DNA of 64,000 bases from Heterodontus francisci (lineage: Eukaryota), in NCBI RefSeq assembly GCF_036365525.1, contig NC_090378.1, positions 122,063,593-122,127,592 on the forward strand, written 5' to 3'. Positions 11,243-25,699 of the stretch are shown piece by piece. Below the pieces are notes generated by a model. That model ran no database searches. It was given only the letters and a program-made list of their open reading frames with translations, and was not told the origin of the DNA. The stretch's first letter is position 1; every line of letters starts with the position of its first letter. The position numbers were made by a program, and so were the translations under genes.

Positions 11243-14200
11243 CATTGAAGTCCAAATCATTGATATATCCTGCAAAAAGCAAGGGACCTGGTACTGAACC
11301 CTGCAGAACCCATTTGGAAACAGTCTTCCAGTCACAAAAACACCCATCAACCATTATCCTTTGTTTCCTGCCTCTGAGCCAATTTTGAATCCATCTTGTC
11401 ACTTTGCCTTGGTCCCCTGGGCTTTTTCTTTCATGACCAGTCTGTCATCTGGGACTTTATCATAAACCTAGGTATAATCCATATAGACTACATCAAATGC
11501 ACGACCCTCATCGACCCTCCTTGTTTCCTCTTCAAAAAATTCAATCACGTTAGTCAGACACAACCTTCCCTTAACAAATCCATGCTGAATATCTTTGACT
11601 AATCCATGTATGACTCAATGAAGGTTTATCCTGTCCCTCAGAGCTTTTTCCAATATTTTTCCCACCACTGGAGGTAGGCTGACTGGCCTGTAATTACTCG
11701 GTCTATTCCTTTCTCCCGTTTTAAACAATGGTACAATGTGAACTGTCCTCCAGTCCTCTGGCACCACACCTGTAGACAGAGAATATTGGAAAATGATGGT
11801 CAGAGCCTCTGCTGTTTCTTCTCTTGCTTCATTTAACAGCCAAGGATGCATTTCATCTGGGCCTGGTGATTTAACCACTTTCAAACATGTTAAATCCCTT
11901 AATATCTCATCTCATTATATTAGTTTTATCTAACATTGCACACTCCTCCTCCCTGATTGCAATTTCTGTATCATCCCTCTCTTTAGTGAAAACAAATGCG
12001 AATCCTCCTCCTTCATCCACAGGTTACCCTGGTGGACCCAAATAGGCTCTACTCTTTCTTTCATTATAATCCTGCCTTTCTGTATTTATAAAACAACCTT
12101 TAGTTTTCTTGATTTTATTTGACTTGCCAATTTTTTTCATGCCCTCTCTTTGCTTTCCTAATTTCCTTTTTAATTTCACCCCTACACTTTTTATACTCCT
12201 CTCGATTTTCTGCCTTGGTATCTGTCATTAATCTTCCTGTTTTACTTTATCCTCTCCTTTCAGCCCCTTGACATCCACAAGACTCTGGATTTGTTAGTCC
12301 CACCCTTTTTCTTTAAGGGAACATATTTCTTTAAGGGCGGCACAGTGGCGCAGTGGTTAGCACCGCAGCCTCACAGCTCCAGGGACCTGGGTTCGATTCT
12401 GGGTACTGCCTGTGCGGAGTTTGCAAGTTCTCCCTGTGTCAGCGTGGGTTTCCTCCGGGTGCTCCGGTTTCCTCCCACATGCCAAAGACTTGCAGGTTGA
12501 TAGGTTAATTGGCCATTATAAATTGCCCCTAGTATAGGTAGGTGGTAGGGAAATATATAGGGACAGGTGGGGATGTGGTAGGAATATGGGATTAGTGTAG
12601 GATTAGTATAAATGGGTGGTTGATGGTCGGCACAGACTTGGTGGGCCGAAGGGCCTGTTTCAGTGCTGTATCTCTCTCTAAACTAAACTTGCTCTGAACC
12701 CTCACTATCTCTTCCTTGAATGCCTCCCACTGATCCAGCACTGATTTACTTTCAAGTAACTGTTTCCAACCCCATTTAGCTAAATCACATTTCAGCTTAG
12801 TAAAATTAGCTTTCCCCAGTTGAGAACTTTTATTCCTGGTCTGTCTTTGTCCTTTTCCATAACTATTCTAAATCAAACTGAATTATGATCACTTCCATCA
12901 AAGTGCGCCCCGTCCGATCCCCCTTCCACCTGCCCAGCTTCATTCCCTAAAATTTTGTCCAGTCTCACAATCCCTCTTTTTGGACTTGATACATACTGGA
13001 TAACAATGTTCTCCTCAATGCATTTGAAGAATTCTGTGACCACTGAGTCTTTCACATAAACTCTACCCCAGTTAATATTGGGGCAGTTGAAATCCCCCAC
13101 TGTTTCATTGTTTTTGCAGTTCTGAAATTTGTCCACATATTTGCTCTTCTCTCTCCTTCTAACAGTTTCAGGGTCTATAGCACACTCCCAGTAGTGTGAT
13201 TGCCCCTGTTTTGTTCTTCAGTTCAACCCATATGGCAACATTTGTTTATCCTTCTACCATATCTTCTCTCCTCACAGCTATAATTGTTTCTTTAATCAAT
13301 ATTGCAACTCACCCCCTCCTGAGATATCCCCATCTCTGTCTCGTCTGAAAACCCTGTAACTAGAAATGTTGAGCTGCCATTCCTGCCCTTCTTTCAGCCA
13401 TGTCTCAGTAATCGCTATAATATCATGCTGCCATGTGTCAATCTGTGCTGTCAGCTCATCTGCCTTATTTCCTCAACTTGTATTGAAGGATATATTATTT
13501 AGCTCTGTCAAACTCCCTTGTTTATTTTCTAACCTTCGTTTTCTCTGCCTTCCAAAGACGCTGACTAATTTACTGCCTTCCATTTCGAACTTTTCTTCTC
13601 TCTCTTCTGAATCTACTCTCAGGTTCCCATCCCTGTGCTCAGCTAGTTTAAACTCTCCCCAACAGCACGAGTAAAACTCACTGCGAGGATATTGGTCCCG
13701 GCCCTGTTGATTTGCAAACAGTCCGTCTTGTACAGGTCCCACCTCCTCCAGAAGCAGTCCCAAAGCCTCAGGAATCTAAAGCCCTCCCTCCTGCATAATC
13801 TCTCCAGCTCTATGTATTCATCAGTTCTATCTTCCTATTTCTGTAATCACTAATACGTGGCACTGGGAGTAATCTGGAGATTAATACTTTTGAGGTTCTG
13901 CTTTTCAATCTCCCTCCAAGCTGCCTAAATTCTGCTTCAGAACCTCATCCCTCCTTCTGCCTCTGTCATTGGTGCCAATATGGACCACGACCTCTGGCTG
14001 TTCACTCTCCCCCATCAGAATGTCCTGCAGTCGCTCAGTGATATCCTTGTCCCTGGCACCAGGGAGGCAACATACCATCATGGAGCCACCTCTGCAGTCA
14101 CAGAAGTGCCTGTCTATTCTCCTCACTATCGAATCCCCTCCCACTATTGCTCTTCCACTCTTCTTCCTCCCTCCCTGTACAGCTGAGTCACCCATGGTGC

Positions 14201-14580
14201 TGTGGACTTGGCTCTGCCTGCACTCCCCAGTGGAACCATCACTCTGACCAGTATTCAGAACTGAATACCAGTTGGAGAGTGAGATGCACTCGTGGGATCA
14301 CTGTCCTGCATGCCTGGTCCTCCTTGTTCTTCTGGCCCTCACCCATTCCCCCTCTGCCAGCACATTTTTAAACTGTAGGGTGACCACCTCCAGAAAGCTC
14401 TCATCCTCGTGGATGCATAGTGACTCCAGTCAGTGCTCAAACTCCGAAACCCAGAGCTCGAGCTGCTGTAACCGGTGACACTTCCTGTACATGTGGTCAT
14501 CCAGGTCATGAGAAGTGTCCAGGATTTCCCACATGACACAGGATGTGTATTCCACAGGGCTGAGGTTCCCTGCCATGTTT
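11243..14580 (-). mobile_element. Degenerate CR1-type LINE (ORF1 with SGNH esterase domain, ORF2 endonuclease and RT), 3'-truncated, with a SINE inserted
   Basis: ORF1 esterase GDSIVR..CCLPGAR..VVVHIGTND (~13905-14195). Endonuclease VGDFNCPNINW..LDKILGNE..SDHNSV. RT KSPGPDEMHP..VPEDWR..NYRPVSL and WIQNWL..RKQR..QGSV.GPLLF..YINDLD. Stops, frameshifts and deletions. Confidence 0.92.
12335..12688 (+). mobile_element. tRNA-derived V-SINE (HE1-like shark SINE)
   Basis: A box (TGGCGCAGTGG), B box (GGTTCGATTC), V-domain (GGAGTTTGCA.GTTCTCCC.GTGTC.GCGTGGGTTTCCTCCGGGTGCTCCGGTTTCCTCCCAC), CR1-like tail GGGCCGAAGGGCCTGTTTC.GTGCTGTA and (CTAAA)n end. Interrupts the CR1. Confidence 0.92.
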
Positions 14581-15248
14581 TACTTTCTAGACTATTATCT
14601 AGAAACACTTAGAGCTGGTCTCGCTGTCTCCCGCTCCATCACTCAGACTGCTCCGTGTTTTGTCAAAGATCAGAATAGAATCTCTTCAGTCATTGCACTG
14701 AATTCCCTCAATCCCCAATTCTCCGAGTTAGGTATCTGTTGAAGCAGTACTCCATCAAGCTGGACTTGGTGCTGGGCTGCTGAGTGAGCCTGCAAGCCCC
14801 TTTGAGCACTGGCATCCACAGCCATGATGGCAGCAGTCAGAGCCTGTGTGGCAGCAAGCTCAGATTACAATACCTCAGTCTGAGCTTCCACTGGAGCACT
14901 CAGACATTGGGGTGGCCTCTACTTGTACTGCAATTCACTCATCCATGTCTCTGATACTCTGGAAATGTTAATCTGCTCACTTGTGTTTATATTATTCAAA
15001 TCATCAGAGGAATTTGTAACAGCAATATAATCATGGAGCTTCAGAGGGCAATATAACCATTGTAACAGGATGATTTGAAGGGATAGAGAGGAATAAAGAG
15101 CCTTTGCTGGCTCCATGTGGTTATTCTGATATCACTTTTATGTATCTATGATGTCCTCTGATTCAGTGGCAGTATGAATGGAATGTAGATGTAGATAAAG
15201 TAGAATTAGGATAAGACTTGTGAGTGAAACACTGCATGTTGTATTCAT

Positions 15249-18200
15249 ACTGGATTGTGAAGTGTGATGTTCCTGAGTACACAGACTGGATTGTGAAGTG
15301 TTATGTACCTGAGTACACAGACTGGATTGTGAAGTGTGATGTACCTGAGTACACAGACTGGACTGTGAAGTGTGATGTATCTGAGTACACAGACTGGATT
15401 GTGAAGTGTGATGTACCTGAGTACACAGACTGGATTGTGAAGTGTGATGTACCTGAGTACACAGACTGGATTGTGAAGTGTGATGTACCTGAGTACACAG
15501 ACCGGATTGAGAAGTGTGATGTTCCTGAGTATACAGACTGGATTGTGAAGTGTGATGTACCTGAGTACACAGACTGGATTGTGAAGTGTTATGTACCTGA
15601 GTACACAGACTGGATTGTGAAGTGTGATGTCCCTGAGTATACAGACTGGATTGTGAAGTGTGATGTACCTGAGTACACAGACTGGATTGTGAAGTGTGAT
15701 GTACCTGAGTACACAGACTGGATTGTGAAGTGTGATGTACCTGAGTACACAGACTGGATTGTGAAGTGTGATGTCCCTGAGTATACAGACTGGATTGTGA
15801 AGTGTTATGTACCTGAGTACACAGACTGGATTGTGAAGTGTGATGTCCCTGAGTACACAGACTGGATTGTGAAGTGTGATGTACCTGAGTACACAGACTG
15901 GATTGTGAAGTGTGATGTCCCTGAGTATACAGACTGGATTGTGAAGTGTGATGTACCTGAGTACACAGACCGGATTGAGAAGTGTGATGTTCCTGAGTAT
16001 ACAGACTGGATTGTGAAGTGTGATGTACCTGAGTACACAGACTGGATTGTGAAGTGTTATGTACCTGAGTACACAGACTGGATTGTGAAGTGTGATGTCC
16101 CTGAGTATACAGACTGGATTGTGAAGTGTGATGTACCTGAGTACACAGACTGGATTGTGAAGTGTGATGTACCTGAGTACACAGACTGGATTGTGAAGTG
16201 TGATGTACCTGAGTACACAGACTGGATTGTGAAGTGTGATGTCCCTGAGTACACAGACTGGATTGTGAAGTGTGATGTACCTGAGTACACAGACTGGATT
16301 GTGAAGTGTGATGTCCCTGAGTACACAGACTGGATTGTGAAGTGTGATGTACCTGAGTACACAGACTGGATTGTGAAGTGTTATGTACCTGAGTACACAG
16401 ACTGGATTGTGAAGTGTGATGTCCCTGAGTATACAGACTGGATTGTGAAGTGTGATGTACCTGAGTACACAGACGGGATTGTGAAGTGTGATGTACCTGA
16501 GTACACAGACTGGATTGTGAAGTGTGATGTCCCTGAGTATACAGACTGGATTGTGAAGTGTGATGTACCTGAGTACACAGACTGGATTGTGAAGTGTTAT
16601 GTACCTGAGTACACAGACTGGATTGTGAAGTGTGATGTACCTGAGTACACAGACTGGACTGTGAAGTGTGATGTATCTGAGTACACAGACTGGATTGTGA
16701 AGTGTGATGTACCTGAGTATACAGACTGGATTGTGAAGTGTGATGTACCTGAGTACACAGACTGGACTGTGAAGTGTGATGTACCTGAGTACACAGACTG
16801 GACTGTGAAGTGTGATGTATCTGAGTACACAGACTGGATTGTGAAGTGTGATGTACCTGAGTACACAGACTGGATTGTGAAGTGTGATGTACCTGAGTAC
16901 ACAGACTGGATTATGAAGTGTGATGTATCTGAGTACACAGACTGGACTGTGAAGTGTGATGTATCGGAGTACACAGACTGGATTGTGAAGTGTGATGTAC
17001 CTGAGTACACAGACTGGACTGTGAAGTGTGATGTATCTGAGTACACAGACTGGATTGTGAAGTGTGATGTACCTGAGTACACAGACTGGATTGTGAAGTG
17101 TTATGTACCTGAGTACACAGACTGGATTGTGAAGTGTGATGTACCTGAGTACACAGACTGGACTGTGAAGTGTGATGTATCTGAGTACACAGACTGGATT
17201 GTGAAGTGTGATGTACCTGAGTACACAGACTGGATTGTGAAGTGTGATGTACCTGAGTACACAGACTGGATTATGAAGTGTGATGTATCTGAGTACACAG
17301 ACTGGATTGTGAAGTGTGATGTATCTGAGTACACAGACTGGATTGTGAAGTGTGATGTACCTGAGTACACAGACTGGATTGTGAAGTGTGATGTATCTGA
17401 GTACACAGACTGGATTGTGAAGTGTGATGTATCTGAGTACACAGACTGGATTGTGAAGTGTTATGTACCTGAGTACACATACTGGATTGTGAAGTGTGAT
17501 GTTCCTGAGTACACCGACTGGATTGTGAAGTGTGATGTACCTGAGTACACAGACTGGATTGTGAAGTGTGATGTACCTGAGTACACAGACTGGATTGTGA
17601 AGTGTGATGTATCTGAGTACACAGACTGGATTGTGAAGTGTGATGTACCTGAGTACACAGACTGGATTGTGAAGTGTGATGTCCCTGAGTACACAGACTG
17701 GATTGTGAAGTGTGATGTATCTGAGTACACAGACTGGATTGTGAAGTGTGATGTTCCTGAGTACACAGACTGGATTGTGAAGTGTGATGTACCTGAGTAC
17801 ACCGACTGGATTGTGAAGTGTGATGTATCTGAGTACACAGACTGGATTGTGAAGTGTGATGTACCTGAGTACACAGACTGGATTGTGAAGTGTGATGTAT
17901 CTGAGTACACAGACTGGATTGTGAAGTGTGATGTATCTGAGTACACAGACTGGATTGTGAAGTGTGATGTACCTGAGTACACAGACTCGACTGTGAAGTT
18001 TGATGTACCTGAGTACACAGACTGGATTGTGAAATGTGATGTACCTGAGTACACAGACTGGATTGTGAAGTGTGATGTCCCTGAGTATGCAGACCGGATT
18101 GTGAATTGTGATGTTCCTGAGTACACAGACTGGATTGTGAAGTGTGATGTCCCTGAGTACACAGAATGGATTGTGAAGTGTGATGTCCCTGAGTACACAG

Positions 18201-21200
18201 ACTGGATTGTGAAGTGTGATGTACCTGAGTACACAGACTGGATTGTGAAGTGTGATGTACCTGAGTACACAGACTGGATTGTGAAGTGTGATGTCCCTGA
18301 GTATGCAGACCGGATTGTGAATTGTGATGTTCCTGAGTACACAGACTGGATTGTGAAGTGTGATGTCCCTGAGTACGCAGACTGGATTGTGAAGTGTGAT
18401 GTCCCTGAGTACACAGACTGGATTGTGAAGTGTGATGTCCCTGAGTATGCAGACCGGATTGTGAATTGTGATGTTCCTGAGTACACAGACTGGATTGTGA
18501 AGTGTGATGTCCCTGAGTACACAGACTGGATTGTGAAGTGTGATGTACCTGAGTACACAGACTGGATTGTGAAGTGTGATGTCCCTGAGTATGCAGACCG
18601 GATTGTGAATTGTGATGTTCCTGAGTACACAGACTGGATTGTGAAGTGTGATGTCCCTGAGTACACAGACTGGATTGTGAAGTGTGATGTCCCTGAGTAC
18701 ACAGACTGGATTGTGAAGTGTGATGTCCCTGAGTACACAGACTGGATTGTGAAGTGTGATGTACCTGAGTAAACAGACTGGACTGTGAAGTGTGATGTAC
18801 CTGAGTAAACAGACTGGATTATGAAGTGTGATCTACTTGAGGACACAGACTGGATTGTGAAGTGTGATGTACCTGAGTACACAGACTGGACTGTGACGTG
18901 TGATGTACCTGAGTACACAGACTGGACTGTGAAGTGTGATGTACCTGAGTACACAGACTGGATTGTGAACTGTGATGTTCCTGAGCACACAGACTGGATT
19001 GTGAAGTGTGATGTATCTGAGTACACAGACTGGATTGTGAAGTGTGATGTATCTGAGTACACAGACTGGATTGTGAAGTGTGATGTACCTGAGTACACAG
19101 ACTGGATTGTGAAGTGTGATGTACCTGAGTACACAGACTGGATTGTGAAGTGTGATGTACCTGAGTACACAGACTGGATTGTGAAGTGTGATGTCCCTGA
19201 GTATACAGACTGGATTGTGAAGTGTTATGTACCTGAGTACACAGACTGGATTGTGAAGTGTGATGTACCTGAGTAAACAGACTGGACTGTGAAGTGTGAT
19301 GTACCTGAGTAAACAGACTGGATTATGAAGTGTGATCTACTTGAGGACACAGACTGGATTGTGAAGTGTGATGTACCTGAGTACACAGACTGGACTGTGA
19401 CGTGTGATGTACCTGAGTACACAGACTGGACTGTGAAGTGTGATGTACCTGAGTACACAGACTGGATTGTGAACTGTGATGTTCCTGAGCACACAGACTG
19501 GATTGTGAAGTGTGATGTATCTGAGTACACAGACTGGATTGTGAAGTGTGATGTATCTGAGTACACAGACTGGATTGTGAAGTGTGATGTACCTGAGTAC
19601 ACAGACTGGATTGTGAAGTGTGATGTACCTGAGTACACAGACTGGATTGTGAAGTGTGATGTACCTGAGTACACAGACTGGATTGTGAAGTGTGATGTCC
19701 CTGAGTATACAGACTGGATTGTGAAGTGTTATGTACCTGAGTACACAGACTGGATTGTGAAGTGTGATGTCCCTGAGTACACAGACTGGATTGTGAAGTG
19801 TGATGTACCTGAGTACACAGACTGGATTGTGAAGTGTGATGTCCCTGAGTATACAGACTGGATTGTGAAGTGTGATGTACCTGAGTACACAGACCGGATT
19901 GAGAAGTGTGATGTTCCTGAGTATACAGACTGGATTGTGAAGTGTGATGTACCTGAGTACACAGACTGGATTGTGAAGTGTTATGTACCTGAGGACACAG
20001 ACTGGATTGTGAAGTGTGATGTACCTGAGTACACAGACCGGATTGAGAAGTGTGATGTTCCTGAGTATACAGACTGGATTGTGAAGTGTGATGTACCTGA
20101 GTACACAGACTGGATTGTGAAGTGTTATGTACCTGAGTACACAGACTGGATTGTGAAGTGTGATGTCCCTGAGTATACAGACTGGATTGTGAAGTGTGAT
20201 GTACCTGAGTACACAGACTGGATTGTGAAGTGTGATGTACCTGAGTACACAGACTGGATTGTGAAGTGTGATGTACCTGAGTACACAGACTGGATTGTGA
20301 AGTGTGATGTCCCTGAGTATACAGACTGGATTGTGAAGTGTTATGTACCTGAGTACACAGACTGGATTGTGAAGTGTGATGTCCCTGAGTACACAGACTG
20401 GATTGTGAAGTGTGATGTACCTGAGTACACAGACTGGATTGTGAAGTGTGATGTCCCTGAGTATACGGACTGGATTGTGAAGTGTGATGTACCTGAGTAC
20501 ACAGACCGGATTGAGAAGTGTGATGTTCCTGAGTATACAGACTGGATTGTGAAGTGTGATGTACCTGAGTACACAGACTGGATTGTGAAGTGTTATGTAC
20601 CTGAGTACACAGACTGGATTGTGAAGTGTGATGTCCCTGAGTGTACAGACTGGATTGTGAAGTGTGATGTACCTGAGTACACAGACTGGATTGTGAAGTG
20701 TGATGTACCTGAGTACACAGACTGGATTGTGAAGTGTGATGTACCTGAGTACACAGACTGGAATGTGAAGTGTGATGTCCCTGAGTACACAGACTGGATT
20801 GTGAAGTGTGATGTACCTGAGTACACAGACTGGATTGTGAAGTGTGATGTCCCTGAGTACACAGACTGGATTGTGAAGTGTGATGTACCTGAGTACACAG
20901 ACTGGATTGTGAAGTGTTATGTACCTGAGTACACAGACTGGATTGTGAAGTGTGATGTCCCTGAGTATACAGACTGGATTGTGAAGTGTGATGTACCTGA
21001 GTACACAGACTGGATTGTGAAGTGTGATGTACCTGAGTACACAGACTGGATTGTGAAGTGTGATGTCCCTGAGTATACAGACTGGATTGTGAAGTGTGAT
21101 GTACCTGAGTACACAGACTGGATTGTGAAGTGTTATGTACCTGAGTACACAGACTGGATTGTGAAGTGTGATGTACCTGAGTACACAGACTGGACTGTGA

Positions 21201-24200
21201 AGTGTGATGTATCTGAGTACACAGACTGGATTGTGAAGTGTGATGTACCTGAGTATACAGACTGGATTGTGAAGTGTGATGTACCTGAGTACACAGACTG
21301 GACTGTGAAGTGTGATGTACCTGAGTACACAGACTGGACTGTGAAGTGTGATGTATCTGAGTACACAGACTGGATTGTGAAGTGTGATGTGCCTGAGTAC
21401 ACAGACTGGATTGTGAAGTGTGATGTACCTGAGTACACAGACTGGATTATGAAGTGTGATGTATCTGAGTACACAGACTGGACTGTGAAGTGTGATGTAT
21501 CTGAGTACACAGACTGGATTGTGAAGTGTGATGTACCTGAGTACACAGACTGGACTGTGAAGTGTGATGTATCTGAGTACACAGACTGGATTGTGAAGTG
21601 TGATGTACCTGAGTACACAGACTGGATTGTGAAGTGTTATGTACCTGAGTACACAGACTGGATTGTGAAGTGTGATGTACCTGAGTACACAGACTGGACT
21701 GTGAAGTGTGATGTATCTGAGTACACAGACTGGATTGTGAAGTGTGATGTACCTGAGTACACAGACTGGATTGTGAAGTGTGATGTACCTGAGTACACAG
21801 ACTGGATTATGAAGTGTGATGAATCTGAGTACACAGACTGGATTGTGAAGTGTGATGTATCTGAGTACACAGACTGGATTGTGAAGTGTGATGTACCTGA
21901 GTACACAGACTGGATTGTGAAGTGTGATGTATCTGAGTACACAGACTGGATTGTGAAGTGTGATGTATCTGAGTACACAGACTGGATTGTGAAGTGTTAT
22001 GTACCTGAGTACACATACTGGATTGTGAAGTGTGATGTTCCTGAGTACACCGACTGGATTGTGAAGTGTGATGTACCTGAGTACACAGACTGGATTGTGA
22101 AGTGTGATGTACCTGAGTACACAGACTGGATTGTGAAGTGTGATGTATCTGAGTACACAGACTGGATTGTGAAGTGTGATGTACCTGAGTACACAGACTG
22201 GATTGTGAAGTGTGATGTCCCTGAGTACACAGACTGGATTGTGAAGTGTGATGTATCTGAGTACACAGACTGGATTGTGAAGTGTGATGTTCCTGAGTAC
22301 ACAGACTGGATTGTGAAGTGTGATGTACCTGAGTACACCGACTGGATTGTGAAGTGTGATGTATCTGAGTACACAGACTGGATTGTGAAGTGTGATGTAC
22401 CTGAGTACACAGACTGGATTGTGAAGTGTGATGTATCTGAGTACACAGACTGGATTGTGAAGTGTGATGTATCTGAGTACACAGACTGGATTGTGAAGTG
22501 TGATGTACCTGAGTACACAGACTCGACTGTGAAGTTTGATGTACCTGAGTACACAGACTGGATTGTGAAATGTGATGTACCTGAGTACACAGACTGGATT
22601 GTGAAGTGTGATGTCCCTGAGTATGCAGACCGGATTGTGAATTGTGATGTTCCTGAGTACACAGACTGGATTGTGAAGTGTGATGTCCCTGAGTACACAG
22701 ACTGGATTGTGAAGTGTGATGTCCCTGAGTACACAGACTGGATTGTGAAGTGTGATGTACCTGAGTACACAGACTGGATTGTGAAGTGTGATGTACCTGA
22801 GTACACAGACTGGATTGTGAAGTGTGATGTCCCTGAGTATGCAGACCGGATTGTGAATTGTGATGTTCCTGAGTACACAGACTGGATTGTGAAGTGTGAT
22901 GTCCCTGAGTACACAGACTGGATTGTGAAGTGTGATGTCCCTGAGTACACAGACTGGATTGTGAAGTGTGATGTCCCTGAGTATGCAGACCGGATTGTGA
23001 ATTGTGATGTTCCTGAGTACACAGACTGGATTGTGAAGTGTGATGTCCCTGAGTACACAGACTGGATTGTGAAGTGTGATGTACCTGAGTACACAGACTG
23101 GATTGTGAAGTGTGATGTCCCTGAGTATGCAGACCGGATTGTGAATTGTGATGTTCCTGAGTACACAGACTGGATTGTGAAGTGTGATGTCCCTGAGTAC
23201 ACAGACTGGATTGTGAAGTGTGATGTCCCTGAGTACACAGACTGGATTGTGAAGTGTGATGTCCCTGAGTACACAGACTGGATTGTGAAGTGTGATGTAC
23301 CTGAGTAAACAGACTGGACTGTGAAGTGTGATGTACCTGAGTAAACAGACTGGATTATGAAGTGTGATCTACTTGAGGACACAGACTGGATTGTGAAGTG
23401 TGATGTACCTGAGTACACAGACTGGACTGTGACGTGTGATGTACCTGAGTACACAGACTGGACTGTGAAGTGTGATGTACCTGAGTACACAGACTGGATT
23501 GTGAAGTGTGATGTTCCTGAGCACACAGACTGGATTGTGAAGTGTGATGTATCTGAGTACACAGACTGGATTGTGAAGTGTGATGTTCCTGAGTACACAG
23601 ACTGGATTGTGAAGTGTGATGTATCTGAGTACACAGACTGGATTGTGAAGTGTGATGTATCTGAGTACACAGACTGGATTGTGAAGTGTGATGTACCTGA
23701 GTACACAGACTGGATTGTGAATTGTGATCTACTTGAGTACACAGACTGGATTGTGAAGTGTGATGTATCTGAGTACACAGACTGGATTGTGAAGTGTGAT
23801 GTATCTGAGTACACAGAATGGATTGTGAAGTGTGATCTACTTGAGTACACAGACTGGATTGTGAAGTGTGATGTATCTGAGTACACAGACTGGATTGTGA
23901 AGTGTGATGTTCCTGAGTACACAGACTGGATTGTGAAGTGTGATGTATCTGAGTATAGAGACTGGATTGTGAAGTGTGATGTATCTGAGTACACAGAATG
24001 GATTGTGAAGTGTGATGTATCTGAGTATAGAGACTGGATTGTGAAGTGTGATGTATCTGAGTACACAGACTGGATTGTGAAGTGTGATGTACCTGAGTAC
24101 ACAGACTGGATTGTGAAGGGTGATGTATCTGAGTACACAGACTGGATTGTGAAGTGTGATGTATCTGAGTACACAGAATGGATTGTGAAGTGTGATCTAC

Positions 24201-24650
24201 TTGAGTACACAGACTGGATTGTGAAGTGTGATGTATCTGAGTACACAGACTGGATTGTGAAGTGTGATGTTCCTGAGTACACAGACTGGATTGTGAAGTG
24301 TGATGTTCCTGAGTACACAGACTGGATTGTGAAGTGTGATGTATCTGAGTACACAGACTGGATTGTGAAGTGTGATGTTCCTGAGTACACAGACTGGATT
24401 GTGAAGTGTGATGTATCTGAGTACACAGACTGGATTGTGAAGTGTGATGTATCTGAGTACACAGACTGGATTGTGAAGTGTGATGTTCCTGAGTACACAG
24501 ACTGGACTGTGAAGTGTGATCTACTTGAGTAAACAGACTGGATTGTGAAGTGTGATGTATCTGAGTACACAGACTGGACTGTGAAGTGTGATCTACTTGA
24601 GTACACAGACTGAACTGTGAAGTGTGATGTACCTGAAAACACAGGCTGGA
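15249..24650. repeat. 36-bp satellite/minisatellite, ~9.4 kb, ~260 units (GAGTACACAGACTGGATTGTGAAGTGTGATGTACCT)
   Basis: Directly visible periodicity. Higher-order duplications of 4536 bp (126 units) and 504 bp (14 units). Confidence 0.99.
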
Positions 24651-24654
24651 GAGC

Positions 24655-24878
24655 AGAGAGAGGGCTCCCAAGTTTCCCGATGTGACACTGGAGACATTAA
24701 TAGAGGAGGTACAAAGGAGGAGAGAATCAATGTTTGCACAAGGAGCCAGGAGGCCCTCAAAGCAAAACTCTCAGAAGAGAATGGGAGCGATGACCAGGGA
24801 GGTCAATTCCTGGAGTCTGGACCTGAGGACCTGACAGCAGTGTCGCGAGAAGTTCAGTGACCTCACAGGGTGGTCAAG
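24655..24878 (+). pseudogene. PIF/Harbinger-type Myb/SANT-like DNA-binding domain relic
   Basis: Conceptual translation across frameshifts: RERAPKFPDVTLETLIEEVQRRRESMF...RREWE...EVNSWSLDLRT*QQCREKFSDL. Followed by a donor-like AAG|GTCAGT. Confidence 0.65.
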
Positions 24879-25699
24879 GTCAGTGAATGTATCTTCACAG
24901 GACATCTCCCACCAAGCACAGCACCAACCTCTCCTCCTGCTCATTGTACCACACCCCCATCACTCACCCAGTAACAATCCCGAGCACTCAGGATTCACTC
25001 CTGACAGTCAAATACTCCACCTCACCCTCACACACCCACCAATGCATCCTAACCGCAACCCCCACCCCCTGAAGAACCATGGTATCTCTGCTCCTACCCA
25101 CCTCCACTGTTCATGCCTCTGTCATCCTTGAAGCCCCTCCCTCCCCTGGCATTCTGTTTGGCATCATTAAAACTGCAGCAATATTATTCAGTTCAGATTT
25201 CCTTTAAAAGGGACAGCCTGCCTTTAAGAAGAGCAGCCTGTCTGCAAAACATGGTTTGTGAACAACACAACTGGGACCCTCTGAGGAACACAGAGGCTGT
25301 CATCAGCATCTGTAAACAATTTCTGCTCATCTTGTTCACATCTTGTTAACTTAATTCTGCTTATTGTTAAAACATGAAATCAACATCTCAACATTGTCCA
25401 ACTTTAGCACAGCCTGTCTGCATATATTACTCAACAGGATATATCTTTACTGACAAGGAGACCTTTTAAAATATAATAATGACACATTTCTGATAATCAT
25501 ATTCATAAAGTTTTTATTCTCCCTTTCATTAGTTCTATGCTCATTGACACAATGCTGTGGTTTCTACTTTGCCAAATGTAGAAGCCATTTGTAATGTTTT
25601 TGGTGCTGTTCAAATTTATTTCATCAAACTTACACTTAAAATATGCAGACATTATTCTGAATGGTATTAAATGTAACAAACTCAGGTCTGACTCCCAGC

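Noticed and set aside
10735-11402. Gly/Pro/Arg-rich ORFs on both strands
   Set aside because: They are translations of MITE subterminal CCCGA repeats fused to CR1 RT sequence.
12335-12410. tRNA gene, and a perfect heptamer CACAGTG at 12341-12347
   Set aside because: It is the tRNA-derived head of a V-SINE; there is no nonamer at 12 or 23 nt. The tRNA-like sequence at 28201-28280 is likewise a retroposon head.
15224-24671. Very long ORFs (1182, 1327, 881, 569 aa; repeats of KCDVPEYTDWIV / SVYSGTSHFTIQ)
   Set aside because: The unit is 36 bp (multiple of 3) and happens to lack stops in some frames on both strands. Stops appear as ordinary variants. There is no unique N/C-terminal domain, promoter or splice context.
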